The position numbers and the translations under genes were made by a program. A stretch of DNA of 64,000 bases, from NCBI GenBank assembly GCA_965220745.1, contig CBDCQT010000013.1, positions 288,001 through 352,000 of the forward strand, given 5' to 3'. This document shows, piece by piece, positions 1 to 10,319 of this stretch (within the stretch, counting starts at the first letter, position 1; the number at the start of each line of letters is the position of its first letter). The notes beneath the pieces are model-generated. The model had not been told where the DNA came from and did not search any database. It saw nothing but the letters and a program-made list of their open reading frames with translations. This DNA is from Alphaproteobacteria bacterium (GTDB lineage Bacteria > Pseudomonadota > Alphaproteobacteria > UBA828).

Positions 1-2347
<2,347 letters not shown>

Positions 2348-2382
2348 CTGTGAGCCAAACGAGAATCTAGGGGAGAACTGCC

Positions 2383-2781
2383 ATGACGCTAACGCTCGAC
2401 GAAGCCAACCGCGTTGCCGAGGGCGCAATGGAACACGCGCGCAGTATCCATATCCTGGTCTGCGTCGCGGTCTGCGATGCCGGCGGGAAGCTGGTTTCGT
2501 TCCAGCGCATGGATGGCGCGATCTGGGCCGCCGTCTACGGCAGCCAGGGCAAGGCCGCCGCGTCCGCCGCCTTCGGCCGGCCGAGCGGCGACCTCACCGA
2601 GAGGGCGGACCATCCCACCTTCCGCGGCATCGTCGCGAAAGACGGCGGCCACATGATCCTGGGCCGCGGCGCCGTGCCCATCGTGCGCGACGGCCAGGTG
2701 ATCGGCGCGTGCGGAGTCGGCGGCGGCACCGGCGAGGAGGACGAGGATTGCGCGCGCGTCGGCGTCGCGCGAATTGAGTAA
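2383..2781 (+). CDS. GlcG/HbpS-family heme-binding protein
   Basis: 132 aa; VAVCDAGG..RMDGA..KA...GAVPI...IGACGVGGG..EDE pattern; GGAGA RBS. Confidence 0.85.
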   Translation: MTLTLDEANRVAEGAMEHARSIHILVCVAVCDAGGKLVSFQRMDGAIWAAVYGSQGKAAASAAFGRPSGDLTERADHPTFRGIVAKDGGHMILGRGAVPIVRDGQVIGACGVGGGTGEEDEDCARVGVARIE

Positions 2782-2827
2782 GGGGATAGGGCGGCACCGC
2801 CGTCGCACGCATTCAGTAAGTAGGGTC

Positions 2828-2960
2828 AGCGCGCGGGACGCTATCGCGCCGCCCGGCCTGACTCTTCTTGTTCCCTCAGACGCCGGGGCGCTGCCTCATT
2901 CATTTCCCTCAGACGCCGGGCGCTCGCTCCGCTCGCTTGGCTTACGCGCTACGCGCGCGG
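2828..2960 (+). repeat. Dispersed GC-rich repeat, copy 1 (with internal duplication of TTCCCTCAGACGCCGGG)
   Basis: AGCGCGCGGGACGCTATCGCGCCG...TTCCCTCAGACGCCGGGCGCTCGCTCCG..CGCTTGGCTTACGCGCTACGCGCGCGG recurs at 5136 and partly, inverted, at 35126-35245. Confidence 0.85.
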
Positions 2961-3428
2961 AGCTTTGCGACTAATGCGGTTCTGTTTCCGGCGACATCTC
3001 CATTGGTAAGTCGAAGCACCGTAATATCGAGCTTGGCGCAATCTTCGTCTGACCTGCCTCCGTCGATCCGCGTCCAGAAGGCCCACACGCGGAAACCGAA
3101 GGCAACTCAATAGCCGATCTGTGAAGCCTAGAGACTGACGGGCGATCGCCGAGGCCGCCATTGTCTTGAGTGCGCCTCTGATTCCCCAAGAATTCTTCGG
3201 AAACTAAACCTCTAGGAGCCAGTTTCCTGATTACATGATCCGGTGATTGGAGCGAAGCTCACGCCATGAGGGCACCCGAGCCGCGGAAAAGGTCCACAGC
3301 TTTTCCCCAGCGGAAAGCGGGAGCACCGGGGAAAGTGATTTCCACAGCGATCCGATCGCGGGGATACCGTCAAGTCCGACAGTTCCCCCGTTGCACAGCA
3401 CGTTGTCCAAAGGCAATGTGGGAATGGG

Positions 3429-3505
3429 TGGTGGGCCCGGCGAGACTCGAACTCGCGACCTCAACCTTGGGATGGATGCGCTCTATCCGGCTGAGCTACG
3501 GACCC
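3429..3505 (-). tRNA. Atypical tRNA: anticodon CCC (Gly) in an Arg-like body; may be a pseudo-tRNA
   Basis: Reverse strand GGGTCCG TA GCTC AGCCGGATA GAGC G CATCC ATCCCAA GGTTG AGGTC GCGAG TTCGAGT CTCGC CGGGCCC A CCA folds as a 77-nt cloverleaf with encoded CCA. Confidence 0.85.
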
Positions 3506-3512
3506 ACCACCC

Positions 3513-3542
3513 ACCATATCCACCTCGCGCTCGGCGCGTCAA
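3513..3542 (-). promoter_or_regulatory. Sigma70-like promoter of the tRNA
   Basis: TTGACG-N18-TATGGT on the minus strand, 7 nt upstream of tRNA G1. Confidence 0.55.
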
Positions 3543-3766
3543 CGCTACCCCTAGCGGTAATCCCCGTGGATAGCGGGGAAAGCATGGTGAATTTCGGGGA
3601 AAGCACTAAATCTTCGGCTAGATGACCGGCGCGTTGGCTAGTTGGGCGTACAAGTCCCGGAAAAAGTGGGGGTGCCCGGCGCCGGGCCGCTGCGCGGCCC
3701 GGTCCCAATTTGGCAAACACCTCGACTGTTGCCGCGCGGCGCGCATCGGCTCTCGCTCCCCTTTCT

Positions 3767-3786
3767 CGTCATGCCCGGACTTGATC
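3767..3786. repeat. REP-like palindrome, left part, interrupted by the IS
   Basis: CGTCATGCCCGGACTTGATC is the exact reverse complement of 5107-5126. Confidence 0.8.
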
Positions 3787-5045
3787 CATTGCTGTCCGGT
3801 TTAGATTTTGGCGAAGGGGATTTGGAGTTGGTCATGGGTTTGTGGCTCATCGGGCGGCGGTTCGAAGAGGTCGGTGAGCGCCCGGCGCTGGAAGGTCGTC
3901 TTGGCGACGAGGCGGGCGATGGCCTGGAGGCCGAGCCGGGTTCCGGTTCCGATCTGCGCCAGCCGCAGCAGCAGGTAGGCGATCAGCGCGGTGACGATCT
4001 GGATGCGCACGGCATTCTCGCTGGTGCCGAGGAAGTGCCGGATCTTCAGGTTCTGCTTGATCCACTTGAAGAACAGCTCGACCTGCCAGCGCCGCTTGTA
4101 GAGCGCCGCGATCTCTTCGGCTGGGGCATTGAGGTCGTTGCTGACCAGCATGATCTCCCTGCCGCTGTCGATGCGCACGGTGACCAGACGCACCGGCTTG
4201 TCGAAGGGGTTCTGGCGGCTCGCCGCCAGGCGCTTCGACAGCAAGGCGACGCGGTCGGCCACGACCGGGCCGTCCGGCTTGACCGGGCGGGTCTCGATCA
4301 GGCTTGTGGGCGAGTTCTTCTTCAGCCGGGTGACGAAGCGGCTCCCCTTGGCGTCGATGTCTGCCCAGAAGGCGAAGTCGTAATAGCCCTTGTCGAAGAC
4401 GTAAGTCGCGCCGGGCTCGATGGGGAGGCGCTTGGCCGGCGTGATGTCGTTGACCCTGGCCGAGGTCACGGCAAAGCAAACGGGCGCATCTGCGTCCGGG
4501 TCGTAGACCACGTGCAGCTTGACGGCACCGTCGACCTCCCAGCTCTCGATCCGCTTGCCAACCAGGACCCGGGTCGCATCGACGAGGCGCAGCATCTCCC
4601 GCCCGCGCTGGCCCGCAGATGCGCCCAGCCGGGCGACCAGGGCCTCGAGTACGTCCTCGAACAGGGCCGCCGGACGTACCCGGTTGGCATCCGCGAGCGT
4701 AGACCGCCGCACCGGCGCCAGACCCAGATGGGCATGGACGCCCGGAAAGCGTTCCAGCGCACCGACCGCCTCGCGCAACGAGCGCGAGCCCGACAGCTGG
4801 GCGAACACCATCGCCTGGAACTGGCTCCACGACGAAAGGCGCCGGACCCGGTAGTCCGCTCCGTGGCGCTCTGCCAGCTTGTCGAAGCGCCAGCGCGGAA
4901 ACGCCTTCATCAGTCCGCCGAAAATCGTATCCTGGTAGGGCATGGCTTGGGCTCCATTGCGAGCTTCGATTCAACAGGTCTTGCAAAAACCAAGTTGAAT
5001 CCAAGCCATGCACCTTGTCTACCCAAGCTAAACCGGACAGCAATG
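3787..5045 (-). mobile_element. IS4-family insertion sequence (1259 bp)
   Basis: Perfect 18-bp terminal inverted repeats CATTGCTGTCCGGTTTAG (3787-3804) / CTAAACCGGACAGCAATG (5028-5045) enclosing a transposase. Confidence 0.95.
3801..4943 (-). CDS. IS4-family DDE transposase
   Basis: 380 aa; DAT, VFDKGY, and YKRRWQVELFFKWIKQ (YREK motif); N-terminal RSTLADAN typical of this IS4 group. Confidence 0.95.
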   Translation of the reverse strand: MPYQDTIFGGLMKAFPRWRFDKLAERHGADYRVRRLSSWSQFQAMVFAQLSGSRSLREAVGALERFPGVHAHLGLAPVRRSTLADANRVRPAALFEDVLEALVARLGASAGQRGREMLRLVDATRVLVGKRIESWEVDGAVKLHVVYDPDADAPVCFAVTSARVNDITPAKRLPIEPGATYVFDKGYYDFAFWADIDAKGSRFVTRLKKNSPTSLIETRPVKPDGPVVADRVALLSKRLAASRQNPFDKPVRLVTVRIDSGREIMLVSNDLNAPAEEIAALYKRRWQVELFFKWIKQNLKIRHFLGTSENAVRIQIVTALIAYLLLRLAQIGTGTRLGLQAIARLVAKTTFQRRALTDLFEPPPDEPQTHDQLQIPFAKI

Positions 5046-5126
5046 GGCTTGACCCGGCCATCCACGTTTTCGTTTCTTTACAGTGTGTTGTGGAGAGAGA
5101 TGCCCGGATCAAGTCCGGGCATGACG
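5046..5126. repeat. REP-like palindromes: right remnant plus an inverted full copy
   Basis: GGCTTGACCCGGCCATCCACG (5046-5066) and GATGCCCGGATCAAGTCCGGGCATGACG (about 5099-5126). Confidence 0.8.
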
Positions 5127-5135
5127 ATGAAAGGA

Positions 5136-5267
5136 AGCGCGCGGGACGCTATCGCGCCGTCCGGGCCTGACTCTTTCAGTTCCCTCAGACGCCGGGCGCT
5201 CGCTCCGTTCGCTTGGCTTACGCGCTACGCGCGCGGCGCATGCGCGCCGTCCGGGCCTGCGGCCCGG
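5136..5267 (+). repeat. Dispersed GC-rich repeat, copy 2
   Basis: Near-identical to 2828-2960 without the internal duplication; its 3' tail CGCGCCGTCCGGGCCT..GGCCCGG is shared with the 35.1-kb copy. Confidence 0.85.
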
Positions 5268-5594
5268 TTCGCCTCAATGGCAAACTCCTCGTCTGACGCC
5301 CCGGACCATGGTGCGGTGCACAGCGCCCGTCGGGTGCGCCACTATTGCGCCCGTACGGTGCGGGAACGATGAGGCCGCCGCAGGCAGAGGCGGGAATTAG
5401 TTGGGAGTGCCCGGCGCCGGGGCACTGCGAAGCGGTTCCGCTCGCGCGGCTCCAGGTCTTGGAGCTTGCGGCGAGCAACGCGGAATCCCACCAAATCCCG
5501 GCGAGGCTCGCTTCTCTTTTGGGGCCCGCCGCCCCAGGCGGAGCGAGCGCGGCGGCGCGGCAGGGTTCGGACCCCGGGTCTCGGGCGCGGCCGC

Positions 5595-7283
5595 TCAGCC
5601 GTAGCGGTAGTCGCGCCGCGCGCCCTCGGGCGTGATCCAGCCCTCGCTCAGGTCTTCGGCGATCATGGCTGGGTCGCGCTCGGCCGGATCGCCGTAGCCG
5701 CCCGCGCCCGGTGCGATCAGGCGGATGCGGTCGCCGGGGCCGATAGTCGCGTTGGCGAACTTGCTGGGCGAGGTCTTGCCGAAGGCCTCGGTGAAGGGGC
5801 GCCAGCCGTTGCCGCCGGCCTGCTGGTAGAAGAGCCCGCCCGTCGCCCCCGCGCCGCCCCCGAGCAGGCCCCAGGGGCGCATCTTGTGACGGTCCGAGAC
5901 GGAACTCACGGTGATCTCCGTGTCCATGCAGCGCAGGATCTTGGCGAGCGCATGGGCGCCCCGGAACTGGCCGGGCCCGGCGGTGTCCGGCTGCAGCGCG
6001 TATTCCTCCACCATCCACGGATAGCGCACCTCGAACACCTCGATCGGCACCATGCGCGAGTTGCCGTTAATGCAGTTGATGACCTCGTTGCCGTCGGCGA
6101 AGGGTCGCCCGCCCCAGGCCGCGCAGGTGAAGTCGTAGCAGACCACGTAGTCGCCGGAGCGCGGGTCGGTGGCACCGAACAGGAAGTTGCTGTGGGTGCC
6201 CGCGTCGGTGGCGAAGGCGCGATCCGGCACGCATTGCGAGAGCGCCGCGATGATGGTGTAGGCGATTCGGATGTGGGTCTCGGTGTTGCCGCCGACGCAG
6301 GTCGCCGGATAGTCCGCGTTCACCATGGAGCCGCCGGGCGCCACGATCTTGATCGGGCGGAAGCAGCCCGAGTTCTTGGGGATCGACGGGTCGGTGAGGT
6401 GCAGGATCGCGTTGTAGGCCGAGGACCAGGCGACCGCGAGCACGGCGTTGATCGGACCCTGCGCTTGCGCATCCGAGCCGCCGTAGTCGACCACCACCTC
6501 GTCGCCCTGGACGTGGACATCGACGTGGATCTTGTACGGGCGGTCCTCGATGCCGTCGTCCTCCATGTAATCTTCGAAGCTGTAGACCCCGTCGCTGAAG
6601 GCGGAGAGCTCGGCCCGCATGCGCGATTCGGCGTAGTCCATCAGGTCGTCGGCGGTCTTGCGGAAGGTGTCCGGCCCGTACTTCTCGATCAGCGCGGTGA
6701 GGCGCGCGGCGCCCACGTCGACGGCGCTGATGAGGGCGCGGAAGTCGCCGTAGTTGGTGCGGGGCGTGCGGTAGTTGGCGAGCAGCAGCTTCCACACCTC
6801 GACCACGTCCTCGCCGTGCTCCTTGATCTTGACCGGGGGCACGCGCATGCCCTCGTGGAAGATCTCGGTGGCCTCGCCGGCGAAGCCGCCGGGCACCATG
6901 CCGCCCACCTCCGCCACGTGGCCGATGGCGACGGCGTAGCCCATGAGCTCGCCCCGGTAGAACACGGGCTTGATGAAGGTGTGCTCGGGCGTGTGCATGC
7001 CGCCCCGGTAAGGGTCGTTGTGGACGATGACGTCGCCTTCCTCGACCTCGTCGTGCGGGATCTCCTGGGCCGAGGTCTGCAGGACCAGCGGCAATCCGCC
7101 GATCTGCGAGGGGTTGAACTCGGCAACCCCGATCAGGTCGCCCCGTGTGTTGCCGAGACCGCAGGTGAAGTCGAGGCCCTCGTTGAAGATGGTCGAGTAG
7201 GAGGTCTTCATCATCGTGATGCCCATCTCGCGGCAGATGGACACCATCGTGGAATCGATGATGTTCATGGTGACCATGTCCAT
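5595..7283 (-). CDS. Hydantoinase B/oxoprolinase family protein
   Basis: 562 aa; YSTIFNEGLDF, HNDPYRGGMHTPE, GHVAEVGG, PGAGGYGDP. Confidence 0.9.
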   Translation of the reverse strand: MDMVTMNIIDSTMVSICREMGITMMKTSYSTIFNEGLDFTCGLGNTRGDLIGVAEFNPSQIGGLPLVLQTSAQEIPHDEVEEGDVIVHNDPYRGGMHTPEHTFIKPVFYRGELMGYAVAIGHVAEVGGMVPGGFAGEATEIFHEGMRVPPVKIKEHGEDVVEVWKLLLANYRTPRTNYGDFRALISAVDVGAARLTALIEKYGPDTFRKTADDLMDYAESRMRAELSAFSDGVYSFEDYMEDDGIEDRPYKIHVDVHVQGDEVVVDYGGSDAQAQGPINAVLAVAWSSAYNAILHLTDPSIPKNSGCFRPIKIVAPGGSMVNADYPATCVGGNTETHIRIAYTIIAALSQCVPDRAFATDAGTHSNFLFGATDPRSGDYVVCYDFTCAAWGGRPFADGNEVINCINGNSRMVPIEVFEVRYPWMVEEYALQPDTAGPGQFRGAHALAKILRCMDTEITVSSVSDRHKMRPWGLLGGGAGATGGLFYQQAGGNGWRPFTEAFGKTSPSKFANATIGPGDRIRLIAPGAGGYGDPAERDPAMIAEDLSEGWITPEGARRDYRYG

Positions 7284-7407
7284 GGCCGGAACCTCCTGTC
7301 GGATGGCGCTCTCGGGGCGGCGGCCGTCACAGTGGCCGAGCGCGGGCTGCCTCGCAAGCGGACGGGTGGCACTCCCGTCGCTGGTCTTGCTCGGCGTTCC
7401 AGCGGGG

Positions 7408-7465
7408 GTTGACTCATGATCAACTATGCCCCATATTTGGGCTCAAGAGTTGATGTCTAATCAAC
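7408..7465 (+). promoter_or_regulatory. Promoter with two palindromic operators GTTGA-N7-TCAAC
   Basis: GTTGActcatgaTCAAC (7408-7424) and GTTGAtgtctaaTCAAC (7449-7465); TTGACT-N17-CATATT overlaps the first. Confidence 0.65.
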
Positions 7466-7571
7466 CTGTCTGCGGGCCTGACGAGCGCGTGGCCAAACAA
7501 ATCAAATGGAAGGGTAGGAGCGATGACTGAGGCAACAAGACGATGGCCGAAGGGTCTAAGGAGACGACGCA

Positions 7572-7976
7572 ATGGCAGCGAGTACGCCACCCGGTAAATT
7601 CCGCTCGTATTACGCCAAATTCTTTCGTGATTTTCCTAATTTTGGCATCAGACTTACACGACATGCGCGTGACCGAATGGAAGAACGAGGTATTCGGTTG
7701 CCACAGATTAGAACGGTCTTGATGACCGGGGCCTTAGTGCATGTCGAGCCCGATATTCGAACGGGGCTGGACAAGTACCGGGTAGCCGGCGGCGATGCAG
7801 ACGGCCGGCGCCTGGAGGTCGTGGCCAATCTCGACGAATCCGGCCCAGGCCGCGTCATCGTCATCACTGTGATCGATACGCCAGACGCCGGTGGTAGTGG
7901 ACGCCGGGCCAAATGCAGAGGAACGGGAGACAGGGCAACGGAGACTGATCAAGGTTCGGTCTCTGAAACGCCCTAG
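7572..7976 (+). CDS. DUF4258-like putative toxin
   Basis: LTRHARDRMEERGI....I..VL..G and KYRVAG...GRRLEVV...VIVITV pattern; AAGGAG RBS. Confidence 0.7.
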   Translation: MAASTPPGKFRSYYAKFFRDFPNFGIRLTRHARDRMEERGIRLPQIRTVLMTGALVHVEPDIRTGLDKYRVAGGDADGRRLEVVANLDESGPGRVIVITVIDTPDAGGSGRRAKCRGTGDRATETDQGSVSETP

Positions 7977-7988
7977 ACCAAAGCAGAC

Positions 7989-8483
7989 ATGCAGACGAAG
8001 AAAGAACACGACGCCACGGTCGAGATGGGACTACCGGTGACCCTGATTGACACCGTGCTGGAGGACGATGACGGCAACTTGGAAATCCCTAACCTGGACA
8101 TGCTGCTGGCAACCGTTGCCGTGGCTCGTGTGCTTGCGCCCGTGCAAATGGTGGGGGCGGAACTCCGTTTCCTACGCCACGTCCTGCATCTGACGGGAAC
8201 TGAATTTGCTCGTGCCATCGATCTCAGCGACAAGACCGTCGTTTCACGCTGGGAGAATGGCAAGACGCGCCCTGGCGGCTATACGGAAAAGATCATCCGG
8301 CAGCTCATCCTGAACGTGCTGGGCCACCGTGCGCCCGGCATCGAGGTTCCGGAAAACGCAATTCCCGGTATGAGGATTCGCCAACGCGAAGCTTCGGAAG
8401 GCCCGCTCCCGATGGCGTTTGCCTTCAAGAGCCGCTCGGGGTCGGAGGGTCAGCCCATAGACTGTTATGCCGAGGCGGCGTGA
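7989..8483 (+). CDS. XRE/HTH putative antitoxin (MqsA-like HTH, no zinc-finger cysteines)
   Basis: GAELRFLRHVLHLTGTEFARAIDL...VSRWENG HTH, 12 nt after the DUF4258-like gene. Confidence 0.75.
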   Translation: MQTKKEHDATVEMGLPVTLIDTVLEDDDGNLEIPNLDMLLATVAVARVLAPVQMVGAELRFLRHVLHLTGTEFARAIDLSDKTVVSRWENGKTRPGGYTEKIIRQLILNVLGHRAPGIEVPENAIPGMRIRQREASEGPLPMAFAFKSRSGSEGQPIDCYAEAA

Positions 8484-8522
8484 TCGGCCGCGATGGAGCC
8501 GATCGCTGCGGATTTCCCGCGA

Positions 8523-8867
8523 TCAGTCGAAGGGGGCGAGGCTCGCCTGCGCCTTGCGCGTGAGGCCCTTGCGCACGATGCGGTAGGAGTCCGCGAGCCG
8601 CTGGCGGAGCTCGTCCTCCGGCAGGTCCAAGGGAACGTTGATCCAGGAGCGGTGGAAGTAGGGCGCCTTGCGGCCCACGCCCATCTCGATGAGCATTTCG
8701 GCGGTTTCGATGCTGTCGGTCTTGATGTTGACGCCCGGCAGCTTCGAGCCGATGCAGGCGAACATCTTGCCGCCCACCTTCCAGGCGTCGTGCCCGCCGC
8801 CCCAGGGATCCGACAGCTCGGCGCCGGGAAACGTCTCGCAGATCGCGTTGACCGTATCGCGGCTCAT
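8523..8867 (-). CDS. MmcQ/YjbR family protein
   Basis: PWG...WKVGGKMFA, APYFHRSW, DSYRIVRKGLT. Confidence 0.85.
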   Translation of the reverse strand: MSRDTVNAICETFPGAELSDPWGGGHDAWKVGGKMFACIGSKLPGVNIKTDSIETAEMLIEMGVGRKAPYFHRSWINVPLDLPEDELRQRLADSYRIVRKGLTRKAQASLAPFD

Positions 8868-8894
8868 CCGTCGCCTCCCGCTCGCCGCACCGGA

Positions 8895-10010
8895 TCAGAC
8901 GAAGATGTCGTCCGGCAGGATCGCGGAGACCACGGTGTTGGGCACGGCGGCAATGCCGTCCACGGTCACGTCGACGCCCACGCTCGCGATCACGTAGGCC
9001 TGCATCCGCGTGAAGCCGCGCTCGTGCACCAGGTGGTCGATCACGTTGAGCAGCGCGTTCTTCGTCGCGAGATTGATGTCCTCGGCGCGGTTCGTGCCGT
9101 CGTCCTCGATGCAGAGCCCGGTGGTGGCGTAGTAGCCGCCGCGCTCCAGCGCGTGCCCTACCGGTGCGGTATCCTTGCGCGAATAGTGGATGTCTCGGAT
9201 GCCGCGCTCGGCGGCGAGGCCCTTGCGCAGATCGAAGCGCACGCGCAGCGTCGGGTCGGTCTCGATGGCCGTGCCGCAGCACTCGCTGCTGCCCTGGGCG
9301 AAGTGGCCGTCGCCCGCCGAGAACAGCGCACCTTCGGTGTAGACCGGGAAGTAGACCGTGGTTCCGGCGGTCATCTGCTTGGTGTCGAAATTGCCACCAT
9401 GCTCGCGGGGCGGCATGGTGCGCAGAGCCTCGCCGTCGATGATGGGGTTGCGTGTGATCGCGCCCTCGGCCGAGGGCGGCAGTGCCATACCGCCGGCGGC
9501 GAGAAGGTCGTTCTCCCGCGCCGCGATGCGCGCCAGCAGCTCGTGCGAGGGGGCGACCCCCATCGCCCCCATGAACGGTGCGCCGGGGATTCGCACGCCC
9601 GGTATCTCCTCGCAGACGGCGCCGTCTGCGGTCTGCTCCCACTTGGCGAGGAAGGGCTCGGTGAAGACATCGCGCAGGTAGCCGAAGCCCGGAATCGCAA
9701 GAGTGAAGCCGAAGTCGTCGGGGTTCACGTCCAGGATTTCGACGACCAGCAGATCGCCCGGCTCCGCGTCCTTGACGTAGATCGGGCCGGTCAGCGGATG
9801 CACCAGGTTGAGGTCCAGCCGCAGGAGATCGTCCAGGGTCGAGTCACGCGAAATCTGCTGGTCGCCGCCGTCCCGCGTCTCCATGAGCACCTCGTCGCCC
9901 GGCTCGATGGTGAGGATGGGCGGGATGTCGGGATGCCAGCGGTTGTGGCCGGTCCCCGGCTCGTCGGAGAGCGTCTTGGACTGGTCGATACGAATCTCGT
10001 GTGCGGCCAT
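8895..10010 (-). CDS. Acetamidase/formamidase family protein
   Basis: HNRWHPDIPP, HPLTGPIYV, PREHGGNFD, GDGHFAQG. Confidence 0.9.
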   Translation of the reverse strand: MAAHEIRIDQSKTLSDEPGTGHNRWHPDIPPILTIEPGDEVLMETRDGGDQQISRDSTLDDLLRLDLNLVHPLTGPIYVKDAEPGDLLVVEILDVNPDDFGFTLAIPGFGYLRDVFTEPFLAKWEQTADGAVCEEIPGVRIPGAPFMGAMGVAPSHELLARIAARENDLLAAGGMALPPSAEGAITRNPIIDGEALRTMPPREHGGNFDTKQMTAGTTVYFPVYTEGALFSAGDGHFAQGSSECCGTAIETDPTLRVRFDLRKGLAAERGIRDIHYSRKDTAPVGHALERGGYYATTGLCIEDDGTNRAEDINLATKNALLNVIDHLVHERGFTRMQAYVIASVGVDVTVDGIAAVPNTVVSAILPDDIFV

Positions 10011-10319
10011 CTCAGGTCTCCTCGCGGGAATTCTGGGATGCTCGACGATCGGGAGCGCTCCGATCTTACACGGCTGTCGAGGAGCGCGGGAGCCGGTGCC
10101 CCCGGCTCGGGACTGCTAAGTGCATAGGCGCGCGATGCAGGCTGCAACCGTGGTGAGCAATGCGATATGGCGCCACGTCGGGCGCGGTTGTCCCCGTTGC
10201 TCGTTTTGGCGAGACTTCATTGGAGAGTGCTGCCCTGGCAGGCGCACGCGATCGGCGAGACCGGGCGGATGAATGGGAATGAACATGGCGCCGGAATCCA
10301 GCCACCCCATGCTCGTGTC

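Noticed and set aside
2971-3189. 72-aa minus-strand ORF and other short ORFs at 2.9-3.7 kb
   Set aside because: No recognisable motif or RBS; atypical codon usage; several cross the tRNA
2828-5267. Possible CRISPR array or integrated element at the tRNA
   Set aside because: Repeats are long and not regularly spaced; no cas or integrase gene, and no duplicated tRNA 3' end seen
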